Part shown: positions 23,737 through 34,489 of the stretch, one piece after another | Position numbering within the stretch: position 1 is the stretch's first letter | Layout: every line of letters begins with the position of its first letter | Virus record (IMG/VR): IMGVR_UViG_3300047554_000738 | Coordinates: 1 to 55,683 of that record | Length of the DNA stretch: 55,683 nucleotides | Source: a virus | Taxonomy: Duplodnaviria; Caudoviricetes | Direction: 5' to 3' (one strand) | Notes under the pieces: generated by a model | Database searches by the model: none | Seen by the model: the letters and a program-made list of their open reading frames with translations, nothing else | Told to the model about the DNA's origin: nothing | Position numbers and translations under genes: made by a program

Positions 23737-24876
23737 ATGGCTATTACCACACATAAAATATTATCAACTGTCCAGAACGCTATAGGTGATATAGCTATGG
23801 AAAGGATACAACCTGCTGAATGGATTGATATGCTTAATGAAATTATCAATGATGTCAGCAAGGAAACTGAGATATACTTAGGAAGATATATAACTACTCC
23901 GAACAAAGGAGTGGAAGATTGGGTGGATAATAAAAGTTATGCTCTGAATGCAATTGTAGTTGACCCGGTTGATGGTCTTTTCTACCGTTGTGTAGGGACT
24001 ACTTATGATTATGGTGGTGGAGTTGTTGGTTACAATGTGAATAAAACTCCAAGTGCTGATGTGACTAATCTTTATTGGTTGGTTATACCGCAATATGACG
24101 ATGCTGCTACTTACGCTATTGGCAAATATGTTTATATAGACACTCCCTTGCAATTCTTTGAATCTACTAAAAGTTTCAATACAAACGAACCTCCGGGTGC
24201 TTATGGGAATGCAAGTTGGAACGCTATAAGTATTGCTCAGGAACATACTGTTACAATTCCTTATATAGACCCTACGACAAATCAGGTATTGAGCCCTCAC
24301 AGGATAGTCAGAGTTGTTAGAAGTGATACCAATACTTTGCCTGTCATAACAGGGGATAATATTCCAAGATGGCAGGAAACGAGAGAATATTCCTTGCAGG
24401 CAGTAAGTGCTCAGAATGCCAATAATGTTCCATTCGCTATTAACGAAAGGGATATAGGAAGATTCGGGTTTGGCACTCATTTCATGGACAGGAGCAAAAA
24501 CGATGTCCTCGATGGTCGCAGTTTGGTATTCGCTACCGGTTTCGAAGTTGGAGAACAGGTTATCATAGATTTTATTCAATCACAACCTTTTGAGACTACT
24601 GCATGGATGGGGTATCAGGGACAGGGTTTGGTAGCAACTACTGTTTACCCTCCATTTGATATTCCTGACTTCCTGCAAAAGTCATATCGTTGGGGACTGC
24701 AATGGATGGCAATGGAAACATTGTATTCAAGAGGTGATGAAACATTAGCACAAAGAACTGACAGAGCAAAAGGATTTTATGATTTTTATTTGAGGGAAGC
24801 TATGGGTTACTCTCAAATGTTATTGGATAAGAATTCATTTATACAATCACAACCTATTAATTGGTTACCAAGATAG
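23737..24876 (+). CDS. Putative adaptor/ring protein 3 with inserted CBM5/12-like repeats
   Basis: Adaptor-like N-terminus (WIDMLNEIINDV) and C-terminus (DIPDFLQ); two W/Y-xxxxxY-xxG-xxV...Y/F repeats. Confidence 0.6.
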   Translation: MAITTHKILSTVQNAIGDIAMERIQPAEWIDMLNEIINDVSKETEIYLGRYITTPNKGVEDWVDNKSYALNAIVVDPVDGLFYRCVGTTYDYGGGVVGYNVNKTPSADVTNLYWLVIPQYDDAATYAIGKYVYIDTPLQFFESTKSFNTNEPPGAYGNASWNAISIAQEHTVTIPYIDPTTNQVLSPHRIVRVVRSDTNTLPVITGDNIPRWQETREYSLQAVSAQNANNVPFAINERDIGRFGFGTHFMDRSKNDVLDGRSLVFATGFEVGEQVIIDFIQSQPFETTAWMGYQGQGLVATTVYPPFDIPDFLQKSYRWGLQWMAMETLYSRGDETLAQRTDRAKGFYDFYLREAMGYSQMLLDKNSFIQSQPINWLPR

Positions 24877-24885
24877 GAGAATATA

Positions 24886-25089
24886 ATGGCAAAGTTAATG
24901 AAAATCACACCTGATAAAACTGCTGTAAAGAAACAAAGTCCTTCTAATATCAAGAAGGAAGTTGAGTATATAGCCAGCAAGGTAAATCAGCAGAAGAAGA
25001 ATAAGGAATTGGAAGAACAGAACAGAAAAGAAAAAGCAGCAGCTAAGAAATCAGGTTCTTCGGGTGGATATGGTATAGTAGAAAGATAA
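24886..25089 (+). CDS. Small basic protein (67 aa)
   Basis: AGGAG RBS, TAATG coupling. Confidence 0.7.
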   Translation: MAKLMKITPDKTAVKKQSPSNIKKEVEYIASKVNQQKKNKELEEQNRKEKAAAKKSGSSGGYGIVER

Positions 25090-28000
25090 TGGCAAAACAG
25101 GAACAAATACAAATTGTTTTTGCAGGTGGTATTAACGAGAATATCAAGCAAGACATTAATGTAGAAGCAGGGAAAGCTCCTACATCTTTACTATGGCTTG
25201 AGAACTATAATCCTAATTTGGAGTTCGAATCACTTGTTAAACGTTTTGGTATTAGACCTTTAATGGACTACTTATCATTAAGACAATATTCGCGTAATTT
25301 ATTTGAAGCGTCACTTGGTATAGATACTTTTACTCTGCTTAAAAATCTGGTTAAGCATAGCACGGTAATACACACAATCAATCCTATAAGCAACGAAACT
25401 CACCTCTTTTTTTTAAGCAGAGTACCTTTTGGCAGTGAGAGAGATTATTTGCCTGCAGGGCATCCATTACTTGACAGTGGTGACTTACACGAAGCCACGG
25501 CACTTGTAAGCCATACAGTTGAGTACAGGACAGAAACTGAGAAGATGGCTATGTGGACAGAGCCATTCATGGCCAATGCAACAAGCCAATTACCTGTTAT
25601 GGAATTCCCGGGTTGGTATGTATTCGGAACATTCCAAGATGCCTGTAAATATGGTGAAAGTATTATCTATGTAACTAAATTGATGGGGATAAAGAATAAT
25701 CTCGGAGAATACATAGATTTCAATGGTAAGAAAATAGATGCTGATTATTACGACAGTGTGAATAACCGCAAGGAGATTTGCAACTATATGTATCCTTGTT
25801 ATTTATGGAAAAGATGGGATATAACGAAAGCAAGGGATGATGACCGTGCTGCATATTGGAACGGATTAGAATTAGACAATCAAGACCCTGATGGCAAACT
25901 ATCAGCAAGGCAATATTTCTCAAGATGGAAAACAATGAAACCTTCAATGTCTTTAATCAGAGAGAAGGAATTTGGAGTTGCCTATATAGATGATGCTAAG
26001 AAAGTAATTGACTTAACCACAGGCCTGGAATCCAAGAGAAAAGTAGCATTAGTGATATGGGAAGAAAGTTTATTTGACAATCCATATTTTTACGACAAGT
26101 TTGCAAGTGATAGCAAAAAAACTACTTATCCTGTATGGGAAGGTATATTCGCAAATCAAATTCACGCTATTACAAGTTACAATATTGTCACAACCATAGA
26201 AGAGTTGAATAATGAAAGATTAGTTAGTGGTCTAATAGAGCGTAGTGATATGTTTATGAATATTCCCCAAATTTTCACTACTGCTCCCTACCAACTAATC
26301 CCTAAATTAGAGTACCCTGATGGCAAAGCTGTCAGATACCAACATAGAAACAGAGCAGGAGATGCCTTCAAATGTGTTATTTATGGGGAAGAGGAAAAAG
26401 ACCGGGCTACAGGATATGCAGAAACTATGTACAAGGCTGTCACATTCGGTTTACCCGATTACCTGTCTTTAGGCATTCCGAGATGTTGGTTACAGGGTGA
26501 CAAAATTCCAATACTGTTGACAGCAAAAATTAATGGCATAGAAGTGATAGTCGCTGAGGAAATTTATACTGTAAGAAAAGAATTAATCCTCAATCCTACG
26601 ACTACATATCCTTATAACGTGGAACAAATGGATTTGATGTGGTTGGCGAGTTATGATAATGGAACCGCCGTACCTAATGGAACAGTTGATAGAGTTACTG
26701 ACCCTGCTCTACCAGTAGCCAAACATGCAAGAGTATGCGGGATATTACCGAGTAATCCCCCTGAACCTTGGGAATATGCTTCACTAAATGATTATACCGT
26801 GCTTTATTTTAGTTTGAAACTTGACCCTGATTATATCATAGATGCTGACATTGAGAGTATCCAAGTTTATGTAGCGAGACCGTTAACTACCGAACCGGGC
26901 TTATTCAACCATATTGGAGTATATAACCCTATGACACAACCTCCACAGGGATTATATGCGAAACCGTTCTTACCAAGGAAAGAGGATAAAGATTATTCGA
27001 AATATGGTCTTATCAAAACATTCGTTATCAAGGGCAAAGGTGAACCACAATATAGTTGGCATTACAAGCATTACGATTTCTTCAAGAACGGCCCTGCAAG
27101 AACAAACGCTTGGGGCAAACTGGATATTGCAGAGAATAGCATTTGGGCATTACCACAAGAGGATAATAACCCTGAAGTAGCGGCAGATGAAAACAGATTC
27201 CCTTATGTAAGGAATATCATGCCTGATAATACATTTTCTGTTTCTCCGATTGATGTGAACAATGCACACAATGGTACTAATGGAGAATTTGACCCTGAAA
27301 AGACATGGACACCTGATTTTATGTTATGGGATTATCCATTGAATACACCGCCTTTGAATTTACAATCTAATGGTAAGTATTGGGAAGGACTGGGAGCGAG
27401 ACTTTGCATTGTTGTTCAAGGGCGGACTATATTAGGTGGCTGTATTAACAAAGAGGGCGAAGAGGAACAGGGATTAATCAGACCGAGTGCAGTTCAAGGA
27501 GCAGCTATAAGCCCTGATGTTTTTAACGAATTAGACAAACTGAAAGTAGGGCATTTGCCACACACGGCAGTTGTTGAATTCAGAGAGCAGATGATATGGT
27601 TCAATCGTCAAGCCAATTACAGAATAATCACTCCGAGAATCGGACAGATGGCAACTTGGGAATTTCTTGATGCACAGCAAGGACAGGGTACATTCAGTCA
27701 AAAGACTGTTTGTGTAACACCGCAGGGAGTTGTGTATGGGAATGAGAGTGGTATTTGGATAAGTGACGGTAGAAAAGCAGAGAGCATGAGTGAATCGAGA
27801 AATAACGAAATGTCAATAACAAGTTTATGGCAGAAGTTATCGACAAACAAACCGTATCTGTTTTTACAGCAGACAGACCCTGGAGAAGTATATGTAAACG
27901 AAGAAGGGTATAATTCTTACTTAGAATTTGTCTATGACGAAGGTAACAACGAGCTTAACATTATCACTCCTGTATCAAGAAAAGCACAGAAAATAGTTGA

Positions 28001-28937
28001 CCCATGGGCAGAAATCTTGCAGGCAGATTCAGGATTAAGTATTAATCTAAACCTTGACACAGAATTGAGGTTAATCTATTCTTTCAGTGCAAATAACTGG
28101 AGAGTAGAGACTTACGACTTATTTGATGACTACACAGCAGGGACAATAACTCATCCTAACGGCATGGCAATAGCAGTCAAGACTTATTCTGACAATCACA
28201 AAGTCCATTATTCAAGGAACAAGTTATTTACAAGCAGGATGTATTACAGTCCGTATAGTTTAGACAGTATTTCGGATATACAATATGAAATAGCAGTACC
28301 TGACAATCAGTTATTATATGACCATTATTTGTATGAGAATAATGTTGCTATGTCTCAAAGGAAGAACATAATAGGCAGTTTAGTAACTCACGAATATGGC
28401 AATGGCAGGGACGACTATCATCTTGACAGGGTTATACTTGAGTTAATCCCAAAAGACAGTGATGCTTTCAGAGCAGGGTGGGACCAATATGTATATCAGC
28501 TTTACAACACAAGCAAAGAGATTAACGAGAATATAATTGACGGTTCAGACCCGATGTTGTGGTTAGAATTACGTAATATCCAATGGACAGAAAGTAAGTA
28601 CTTTAACATGCTCAAAAGGTTTAAGACTTATCTTATAAATCTGATAGAAACTAATTTCCTTACAAAGATAGGGCAGTATAACCAAACAAACCCTGACTTA
28701 ACTGGAGCTACAAACCCATTTTTATCCCCTTTGCAGACCCCTGGTGGCATTTTAAGTGAAGAAGGGTATACTAACAGTGTTTTACAGCAAACAACCCCTG
28801 CAAACGAATCTATGGTGCTTTTGTCTCCGTTCCATACAAAGTTCAGACATGCAAGATTTATGTTCATATCTGAGATAGTAGCTAAGATAAAATCAATTTC
28901 TGTAAGTATTGTCGAATTCAGAAGGAGAAGTTACTAA
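25089..28937 (+). CDS. Putative tail nozzle/stabilization protein (tubular protein B-like)
   Basis: 1282 aa; FAGGIN...LVKRFG start, beta-propeller-like C-half (GTFSQKTV, GIWISDG), position after rings. Confidence 0.65.
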   Translation: MAKQEQIQIVFAGGINENIKQDINVEAGKAPTSLLWLENYNPNLEFESLVKRFGIRPLMDYLSLRQYSRNLFEASLGIDTFTLLKNLVKHSTVIHTINPISNETHLFFLSRVPFGSERDYLPAGHPLLDSGDLHEATALVSHTVEYRTETEKMAMWTEPFMANATSQLPVMEFPGWYVFGTFQDACKYGESIIYVTKLMGIKNNLGEYIDFNGKKIDADYYDSVNNRKEICNYMYPCYLWKRWDITKARDDDRAAYWNGLELDNQDPDGKLSARQYFSRWKTMKPSMSLIREKEFGVAYIDDAKKVIDLTTGLESKRKVALVIWEESLFDNPYFYDKFASDSKKTTYPVWEGIFANQIHAITSYNIVTTIEELNNERLVSGLIERSDMFMNIPQIFTTAPYQLIPKLEYPDGKAVRYQHRNRAGDAFKCVIYGEEEKDRATGYAETMYKAVTFGLPDYLSLGIPRCWLQGDKIPILLTAKINGIEVIVAEEIYTVRKELILNPTTTYPYNVEQMDLMWLASYDNGTAVPNGTVDRVTDPALPVAKHARVCGILPSNPPEPWEYASLNDYTVLYFSLKLDPDYIIDADIESIQVYVARPLTTEPGLFNHIGVYNPMTQPPQGLYAKPFLPRKEDKDYSKYGLIKTFVIKGKGEPQYSWHYKHYDFFKNGPARTNAWGKLDIAENSIWALPQEDNNPEVAADENRFPYVRNIMPDNTFSVSPIDVNNAHNGTNGEFDPEKTWTPDFMLWDYPLNTPPLNLQSNGKYWEGLGARLCIVVQGRTILGGCINKEGEEEQGLIRPSAVQGAAISPDVFNELDKLKVGHLPHTAVVEFREQMIWFNRQANYRIITPRIGQMATWEFLDAQQGQGTFSQKTVCVTPQGVVYGNESGIWISDGRKAESMSESRNNEMSITSLWQKLSTNKPYLFLQQTDPGEVYVNEEGYNSYLEFVYDEGNNELNIITPVSRKAQKIVDPWAEILQADSGLSINLNLDTELRLIYSFSANNWRVETYDLFDDYTAGTITHPNGMAIAVKTYSDNHKVHYSRNKLFTSRMYYSPYSLDSISDIQYEIAVPDNQLLYDHYLYENNVAMSQRKNIIGSLVTHEYGNGRDDYHLDRVILELIPKDSDAFRAGWDQYVYQLYNTSKEINENIIDGSDPMLWLELRNIQWTESKYFNMLKRFKTYLINLIETNFLTKIGQYNQTNPDLTGATNPFLSPLQTPGGILSEEGYTNSVLQQTTPANESMVLLSPFHTKFRHARFMFISEIVAKIKSISVSIVEFRRRSY

Positions 28938-29872
28938 TGGCCACAAGATTCGGACAAACAAGTTTCATCCATGATGACCATAAAGTTCAAAGAGAATTTG
29001 AACGTTTGGCTCAGGATAATGAAGCAATAGCTGCTGCGGTAGAAGCTGTATTGCCCGAAGATATGACTGTTGATGATGCTAATGGGAATACCGGTAAGAC
29101 AAAAGATGAAATTACTTCTGAAATAAAGAATAATATATGGGCATTGACAGTAGAACATAATCAGAGAATAGTGTCAAGAAAGACAGTACAGGATTTGACT
29201 ATACACGATACTGGCAGAAGTACAGAAAAGTATAAATTAGTTACATGGTGGGATATACAGGAACAAAGTTTAACTCCCGACCTTGGTACTATACCAGAAG
29301 CGACAAGAGTATTGATGAAAGTATTTGCAGGGACAAGTCCTGAACAATTCTTAAGTTGGTTGACAGGTGGTTTACAACATACTATGTCTGTCTATGAATA
29401 CTTCGACTACAATAACTATATAATGAAAGTTAAATTAGTCAATGATGAACAGGCCCCCGATGCATGGAAATATTATGGTACAAACGAAAGCGGTACAAAA
29501 GGATGGCAATCTGTAAGTTTCCCTATTTGCATAGCCGTTCCTTTTGATAAAGATGATACTGTCGTTACTTCAAACATGATAATCCCTGATGGGTGGTATG
29601 TAACAAAAGTGGATGTTCATGTTACGACTGCTTTCTATAAAGCTACAACTTTCAATCCTACTGTAAAAGTAGATTTAAGTTATTTCGGTGGTGCTATTAA
29701 TTTGATTGACACGGATGTGGTTAATTTAAAAGAAGATGGGTTGTTCACTACTAATTGGTACATAGAAAATGATTCAGGGACTAACACAACTGTCAAAGTA
29801 ACTGTCACTCCCGATGGTTCAACTGCAGGAGTAGGAGTTGCTTATGTTTGGTGTATGAGGATATTATCATGA
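28937..29872 (+). CDS. Tail fibre/appendage protein
   Basis: LVNDEQAP..KYYGTNESGTKGW fibre motif; beta-sandwich C-terminus. Confidence 0.6.
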   Translation: MATRFGQTSFIHDDHKVQREFERLAQDNEAIAAAVEAVLPEDMTVDDANGNTGKTKDEITSEIKNNIWALTVEHNQRIVSRKTVQDLTIHDTGRSTEKYKLVTWWDIQEQSLTPDLGTIPEATRVLMKVFAGTSPEQFLSWLTGGLQHTMSVYEYFDYNNYIMKVKLVNDEQAPDAWKYYGTNESGTKGWQSVSFPICIAVPFDKDDTVVTSNMIIPDGWYVTKVDVHVTTAFYKATTFNPTVKVDLSYFGGAINLIDTDVVNLKEDGLFTTNWYIENDSGTNTTVKVTVTPDGSTAGVGVAYVWCMRILS

Positions 29873-30603
29873 CAATGAAAAAACAATATAACACAAACTT
29901 ACTGAACTGGATGCGTGGGATTCGGTATAACATGAAACATTTTCTTGAGATAGGGATGGGTAATGATTACAGTACTGATGCTACCAAAGCTGATGGTGGA
30001 GCGAAAGTTTCCGATGGTGCTGATTATGGAATTGCTATTGGACATGACTGCTTTGCCGATAAAGACAATTCTATTGCATTCGGTTCTTTCCAAAAAGCAC
30101 TTGAAGTGCACACAATAGCAGAAGGGCAGTATTTCTGTAAAGTAGAAAGATTCGGTGAAAAAAGGAGAGCATTTGCAGGTGATAATAATTATTACAGCAG
30201 GTCATGGTTTGAATGGATGGGCAGAGTTACTCCAATAGCAGAACCTCCCGGGCCGAACTATGTACCGATTACACTGCATAATCAAACTTCACTTAATCTT
30301 GATTTAGTGAACTATAGTGCTCTCATATTTAACATAAAGGTGATTGGCTCTAATGAAAACTCTTCCCCTGATGTGAATGGATACCATATATCAGGGGTTA
30401 TCAAAAGAGGAGCTAACGCAGGTACGACAGCATTGGTAGGAACACCAATAGTTGATGCTTGGGAAGATAACACTTCCCTCGATTTTAGAGTAGTGGCCGA
30501 TACAGGTAATGGGTCACTTGTCCTTGAAGCTTTGACACACCCTTCAGAATATTGGAGGTGGGTAGCTTCGGGGTGGGTTTCAGAAATGAGATGGACAATT
30601 TAA
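29869..30603 (+). CDS. Tail fibre/adhesin-like protein
   Basis: YadA-head-like repeats (YGIAIG, NSIAFG). Confidence 0.55.
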   Translation: MTMKKQYNTNLLNWMRGIRYNMKHFLEIGMGNDYSTDATKADGGAKVSDGADYGIAIGHDCFADKDNSIAFGSFQKALEVHTIAEGQYFCKVERFGEKRRAFAGDNNYYSRSWFEWMGRVTPIAEPPGPNYVPITLHNQTSLNLDLVNYSALIFNIKVIGSNENSSPDVNGYHISGVIKRGANAGTTALVGTPIVDAWEDNTSLDFRVVADTGNGSLVLEALTHPSEYWRWVASGWVSEMRWTI

Positions 30604-30618
30604 CCAATAGGAGATATT

Positions 30619-31314
30619 ATGATACCAGTAACAATAACGAACAAAAAGAACGAGATGCTCGGGTTCATGCAGGCAGAAACAGTACAATTGGCAGCCACGA
30701 ATGTCAATATAGTAACTGTAACATATTTAGGATATGATAAATTCAGGAACGGAGCGGATAAGTACAAATGGCGAGTAACCGTTGCTGCTTTAACTGCGCA
30801 AGCTGTACCGGGCATGAAAGTCTTAATAGCCGGGACTAATAGTTGGAACGGTATTTGGGAAGTTGCAAGTTGGGATACTACTAACGCAACAGTTGATTTT
30901 TGGTGTTCTGTTCCGAGTACGACTGCAGGAGGTGCAGTAGGCACTATAAGAGCTACAGGAGTGGCTACCGACAATGAAAGAGTGGCAGGTAACGCTATTG
31001 TTAATGCGGATGGTGAACAACTTGGGTTCTCTTATACGACTAACCAATCATTTGTTCGCAGATTTACTAACGTAGATGGTCTTACACCGTGTGTGCAGGT
31101 TGTTAATGGTGGCATAGCTCAATGTACAGTAACTATCACATACAGTTTGAATAAAGTCAACTGGTTACCTTTCGTGACTCCTATTTCGACTGTAGTTGTT
31201 GGGGCAGGTACTTCGGTAGGATTTATCCTCAATCAATTTAATTTCAATGATGTTTTTATCCGTATTGATATTGTTGCAACAGCAGGAGCATCATATTACG
31301 TAATAGCGAGGTAA
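30619..31314 (+). CDS. Virion structural protein (beta-rich)
   Basis: Thr/Val/Gly-rich; C-terminal YSLNKVNW...FIRI beta-sandwich pattern. Confidence 0.55.
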   Translation: MIPVTITNKKNEMLGFMQAETVQLAATNVNIVTVTYLGYDKFRNGADKYKWRVTVAALTAQAVPGMKVLIAGTNSWNGIWEVASWDTTNATVDFWCSVPSTTAGGAVGTIRATGVATDNERVAGNAIVNADGEQLGFSYTTNQSFVRRFTNVDGLTPCVQVVNGGIAQCTVTITYSLNKVNWLPFVTPISTVVVGAGTSVGFILNQFNFNDVFIRIDIVATAGASYYVIAR

Positions 31315-31316
31315 GT

Positions 31317-31787
31317 ATGCCAAATTCAACATTTAATAGCATGCCGACTACAATGGTACAAGGTAACTCCAAAATCAGGTTTAATGATGATGGTGGATTA
31401 GAGTTATTACTCGTGAATAAAACAGGTGCTCCGTCTGTTAAAGGGACGGTGGTATCATCACACACTACTGATTTCGGAGTAATTAAAACAATCATAGACA
31501 GACCTGACCCTTATGGCATTATTGCTGAGAGCGATGTGGCTGATGGTGATAATGTTTGGGTAACGGTAAGCGGTATAGCAGAAGTTTTGTTTGTTGGGGA
31601 TGCAGTTGCAGGCCATTTTGCGAGGATATGTGTTGCAGGCGATGCAGATGCTGCAGACGGCAAAGCTATATCAGAAGTAAGACCTTCAAGTCCGTTCGCT
31701 ACTGATAAGCACTTTATGGAAATTGGTCATGTAATTACAAGCCATACAGGAGCAGGATTAGCTAAGGTGATATTACATTTTAATTAA
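31317..31787 (+). CDS. Virion structural protein, DUF2190/capsid-fibre-like
   Basis: NKTGAPSVKGTVV...PYGIIAESDVADGDNVWVTVSG. Confidence 0.55.
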   Translation: MPNSTFNSMPTTMVQGNSKIRFNDDGGLELLLVNKTGAPSVKGTVVSSHTTDFGVIKTIIDRPDPYGIIAESDVADGDNVWVTVSGIAEVLFVGDAVAGHFARICVAGDADAADGKAISEVRPSSPFATDKHFMEIGHVITSHTGAGLAKVILHFN

Positions 31788-31795
31788 GGATAGCT

Positions 31796-32158
31796 ATGAA
31801 CTCTACAAAGATATATAAAAGTAACGAGACGATAGTAAGAGGTGATTCACAAGATTTGCCCGTGACCTTCACTATGAACAGTTTGCCAATTGATATCACA
31901 GGATGGACAGTATATTGCCAGGTTAAATCTGATTTACTCAATGGTTCCGCTGCTTTGATACCGACTAAAACAGTTACAGTCCATACAGACCCTACGAACG
32001 GTGAAAGTCTTATCGAGTTTACAGCAACAGAAACAGAAGGTTTAATAGAAGGCGAAGCTTACTTTATTATCAAACTCCAAACTGATGATGTAGTTCCGAA
32101 AGTAAGTACTCCGGTTATAATAATTGCTCAGGTTATTGAAGGAGGGGATTTCGTATGA
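31796..32158 (+). CDS. BppU N-terminal-like domain protein
   Basis: RGDS...PIDITGWTV..QVK...DPTNG...T.TET. Confidence 0.65.
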   Translation: MNSTKIYKSNETIVRGDSQDLPVTFTMNSLPIDITGWTVYCQVKSDLLNGSAALIPTKTVTVHTDPTNGESLIEFTATETEGLIEGEAYFIIKLQTDDVVPKVSTPVIIIAQVIEGGDFV

Positions 32159-32460
32159 TGTCCGTGACGGTGAATAAGGTTAATAATACAATTACTGTCG
32201 ATTATGATAGTAACCTACGGCCTGTCTCAGTGAATACGACTAATAACAGTCCTACTGTCAATTTAAACAGCTTGAGCATTGCGTGTACAATGGGGACAAT
32301 GGTAAAGTTAGCTAATATCCCTTGGGGGAGCAAATCATCTTCTGTCGATGAAGGCGTATTAGGAGAAACTTCGATGATAGATGATTGGTTATTCCTCTGT
32401 GTACAGGCAGGCACAGCAGGGAACGCTAAATGGAAAAAAATACCTTTATTAAATACATAG
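32155..32460 (+). CDS. Short fibre-associated protein
   Basis: C-terminal GETSMIDDWLFLCV...WKKIPL fibre motif. Confidence 0.55.
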   Translation: MMSVTVNKVNNTITVDYDSNLRPVSVNTTNNSPTVNLNSLSIACTMGTMVKLANIPWGSKSSSVDEGVLGETSMIDDWLFLCVQAGTAGNAKWKKIPLLNT

Positions 32461-32468
32461 GAGTTATA

Positions 32469-32738
32469 ATGGCAAAATCACAAAATCCAAGAAAGAAGAA
32501 GCAAGAACTTGTCAAACAGTTAGAAGAGACAGAAAAATTGCTTAAACAAGCAGAAGAAGAAGATGCTGCTGAAATTAAATCATTAGAAGAAATGATAGCA
32601 AATACAGAAAAAGATAAAAATGTTTTCTTCGGAGTAATACTAAATATCAAGGATATAGCAGTTATCATAGAAAGCATGGTAATATCAGGCAAGGACAGAA
32701 TAGAAATTCCAACAAAAGTTTATCATAGAGAGGTATAA
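32469..32738 (+). CDS. Coiled-coil protein (possible fibre assembly chaperone)
   Basis: ATG 32469 with AGGAG RBS; charged helical sequence among fibre genes. Confidence 0.55.
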   Translation: MAKSQNPRKKKQELVKQLEETEKLLKQAEEEDAAEIKSLEEMIANTEKDKNVFFGVILNIKDIAVIIESMVISGKDRIEIPTKVYHREV

Positions 32739-32740
32739 TT

Positions 32741-33796
32741 ATGGCAACAAATGATATTGTATTAGCACAATTAGATGCGAGTTCTGACTTTCAGATGCGA
32801 GCTCTCACAATGGCAAAAGGTGGCTTAATCACAGGAAATGCTTCAGGAGTGGCAACATTACTAAGTGCAGGCACTGATGGCTATATGCTTGTTAGAGATG
32901 ACGTAGAAGCCACAGGTTTAAAGTGGGTAGCTATTTCAGCAGGGCATACACAGAATACAGACACAGGCACAACAGGTAATACTTTCACTATTGACAGCGA
33001 TAGTACAACAGGCAAAATGATACTTGATGTAGCTTTGGGTGCAAGTGACAATTCAATCACATTGACAAATGAAGCATTAACAGGCAATAGAACTTGGACA
33101 TTTCCTAACACAGATGGCACAGTAGCGTCGCAGGCTTATGCACAAGCGTTATTTGCTTCTAACGATGCTATGCTATTCAAAGGCACAATCGGCACAGGCG
33201 GTACACACACAATTGCAGCGTTTAATGCTCTAACCACCTATGATGCAGGATGGACATATAGAGTAATTGAAGCAGGAACAATCAGAGGTAATGTATGCCA
33301 AATCGGTGATTTGGTTATGGTCATAGTTGATAGAGCAGGTTCAGGTAATCTTGATTCTGATTTTACAGTAGCTCAGACCAATCTTGATGGTGCTGTAATT
33401 GGTCCTGCAAGTGTTTCAGACGGTTATTTAGTTCTATTCGATGGGACAACAGGGAAGCTTATTAAAGCAGGCACAGGAGCGCCAGGAACAATGGCTTATG
33501 AAGCAGCCACCGATTATGTTGCCAAATCACTTTACGATGCAAACAGCATACTTTACGCTACTTCTGACAACACACCTGTTGCACTCACAGTAGGGGCAAG
33601 TACGATTGTTGGTAGAAAAGCATCAGGTGATATAGTAGCATTGACACCTGCAGAAGCTATGAATGTATTATATGTAGCTGCACCTGCAAGCAAAACAGCG
33701 GCAGGCACAACAGGGCAAATTGCTTGGGATGATAGTTGGTTTTATCTGTGTGTAGCGACTAATGATTGGAAACGTACACCAATAATGTACTGGTAA
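32741..33796 (+). CDS. Tail fibre protein
   Basis: Gly/Thr/Ala-rich fibre motifs (GTDGYML..D.....GLKW, FDGTTGKLIK, GQIAWDDSWFYLCV). Confidence 0.75.
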   Translation: MATNDIVLAQLDASSDFQMRALTMAKGGLITGNASGVATLLSAGTDGYMLVRDDVEATGLKWVAISAGHTQNTDTGTTGNTFTIDSDSTTGKMILDVALGASDNSITLTNEALTGNRTWTFPNTDGTVASQAYAQALFASNDAMLFKGTIGTGGTHTIAAFNALTTYDAGWTYRVIEAGTIRGNVCQIGDLVMVIVDRAGSGNLDSDFTVAQTNLDGAVIGPASVSDGYLVLFDGTTGKLIKAGTGAPGTMAYEAATDYVAKSLYDANSILYATSDNTPVALTVGASTIVGRKASGDIVALTPAEAMNVLYVAAPASKTAAGTTGQIAWDDSWFYLCVATNDWKRTPIMYW

Positions 33797-33799
33797 TAT

Positions 33800-34489
33800 A
33801 TGGCAACAGGCGATGTTATAATACCGCAATTAGATTCTTCTGCTGATTTACAACAGAGGACTATGACATTTGTCAAAGGTTCTTTAATAGTTGGAGGTAA
33901 CAGTGGAGTATTAGAAATACTTAACGTAGGTGCATTAGCGACAAACAAAGTATTGACTGTTACAAATGGAGATGGTACACTCGGTTGGGTAACACCTACA
34001 AGTGGTATGACTAATCCTATGACAACAGCAGGCGATATCATAAAAGGTGGGACATCAGGTACAGCAGAAAGATTAGGTATAGGAACAGCTAAACAAGTTC
34101 TTAGGACTAACTCAGGAGCAACTGCACCTGAATGGGCAAATAACTTAATATTGACTAAATCGATAGCAGTTGAATTGCCAACAAACGCAGAAGATATAGG
34201 GTGGTTTTATACAGATATTGCAATCACAGTAACCAAGTTAGCAGCAGTATTAGTAGGTTCTTCGACACCTTCAGTTACATGGACGGTTAGACATTCTACT
34301 GACAGAAGTGCAACAGGGAACGAAGTAGTAACAAGTGGAACAACTACAACAAGCGTAACAACAGGAAGCGTAGTAACAAGTTTTAACGATGCAACGATAC
34401 CAGCAGATAGTTGGGTGTGGTTAGAAACAACAGCAAAGAGTGGTACAGTTAATCAGATTATTGTTTCATTAGAATATACAGAAGATTAA
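33800..34489 (+). CDS. Tail fibre protein, N-terminus paralogous to 32741..33796
   Basis: NPMTTAGDII.GG.SG...RLGIGT..QVL......PEW motif. Confidence 0.75.
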   Translation: MATGDVIIPQLDSSADLQQRTMTFVKGSLIVGGNSGVLEILNVGALATNKVLTVTNGDGTLGWVTPTSGMTNPMTTAGDIIKGGTSGTAERLGIGTAKQVLRTNSGATAPEWANNLILTKSIAVELPTNAEDIGWFYTDIAITVTKLAAVLVGSSTPSVTWTVRHSTDRSATGNEVVTSGTTTTSVTTGSVVTSFNDATIPADSWVWLETTAKSGTVNQIIVSLEYTED

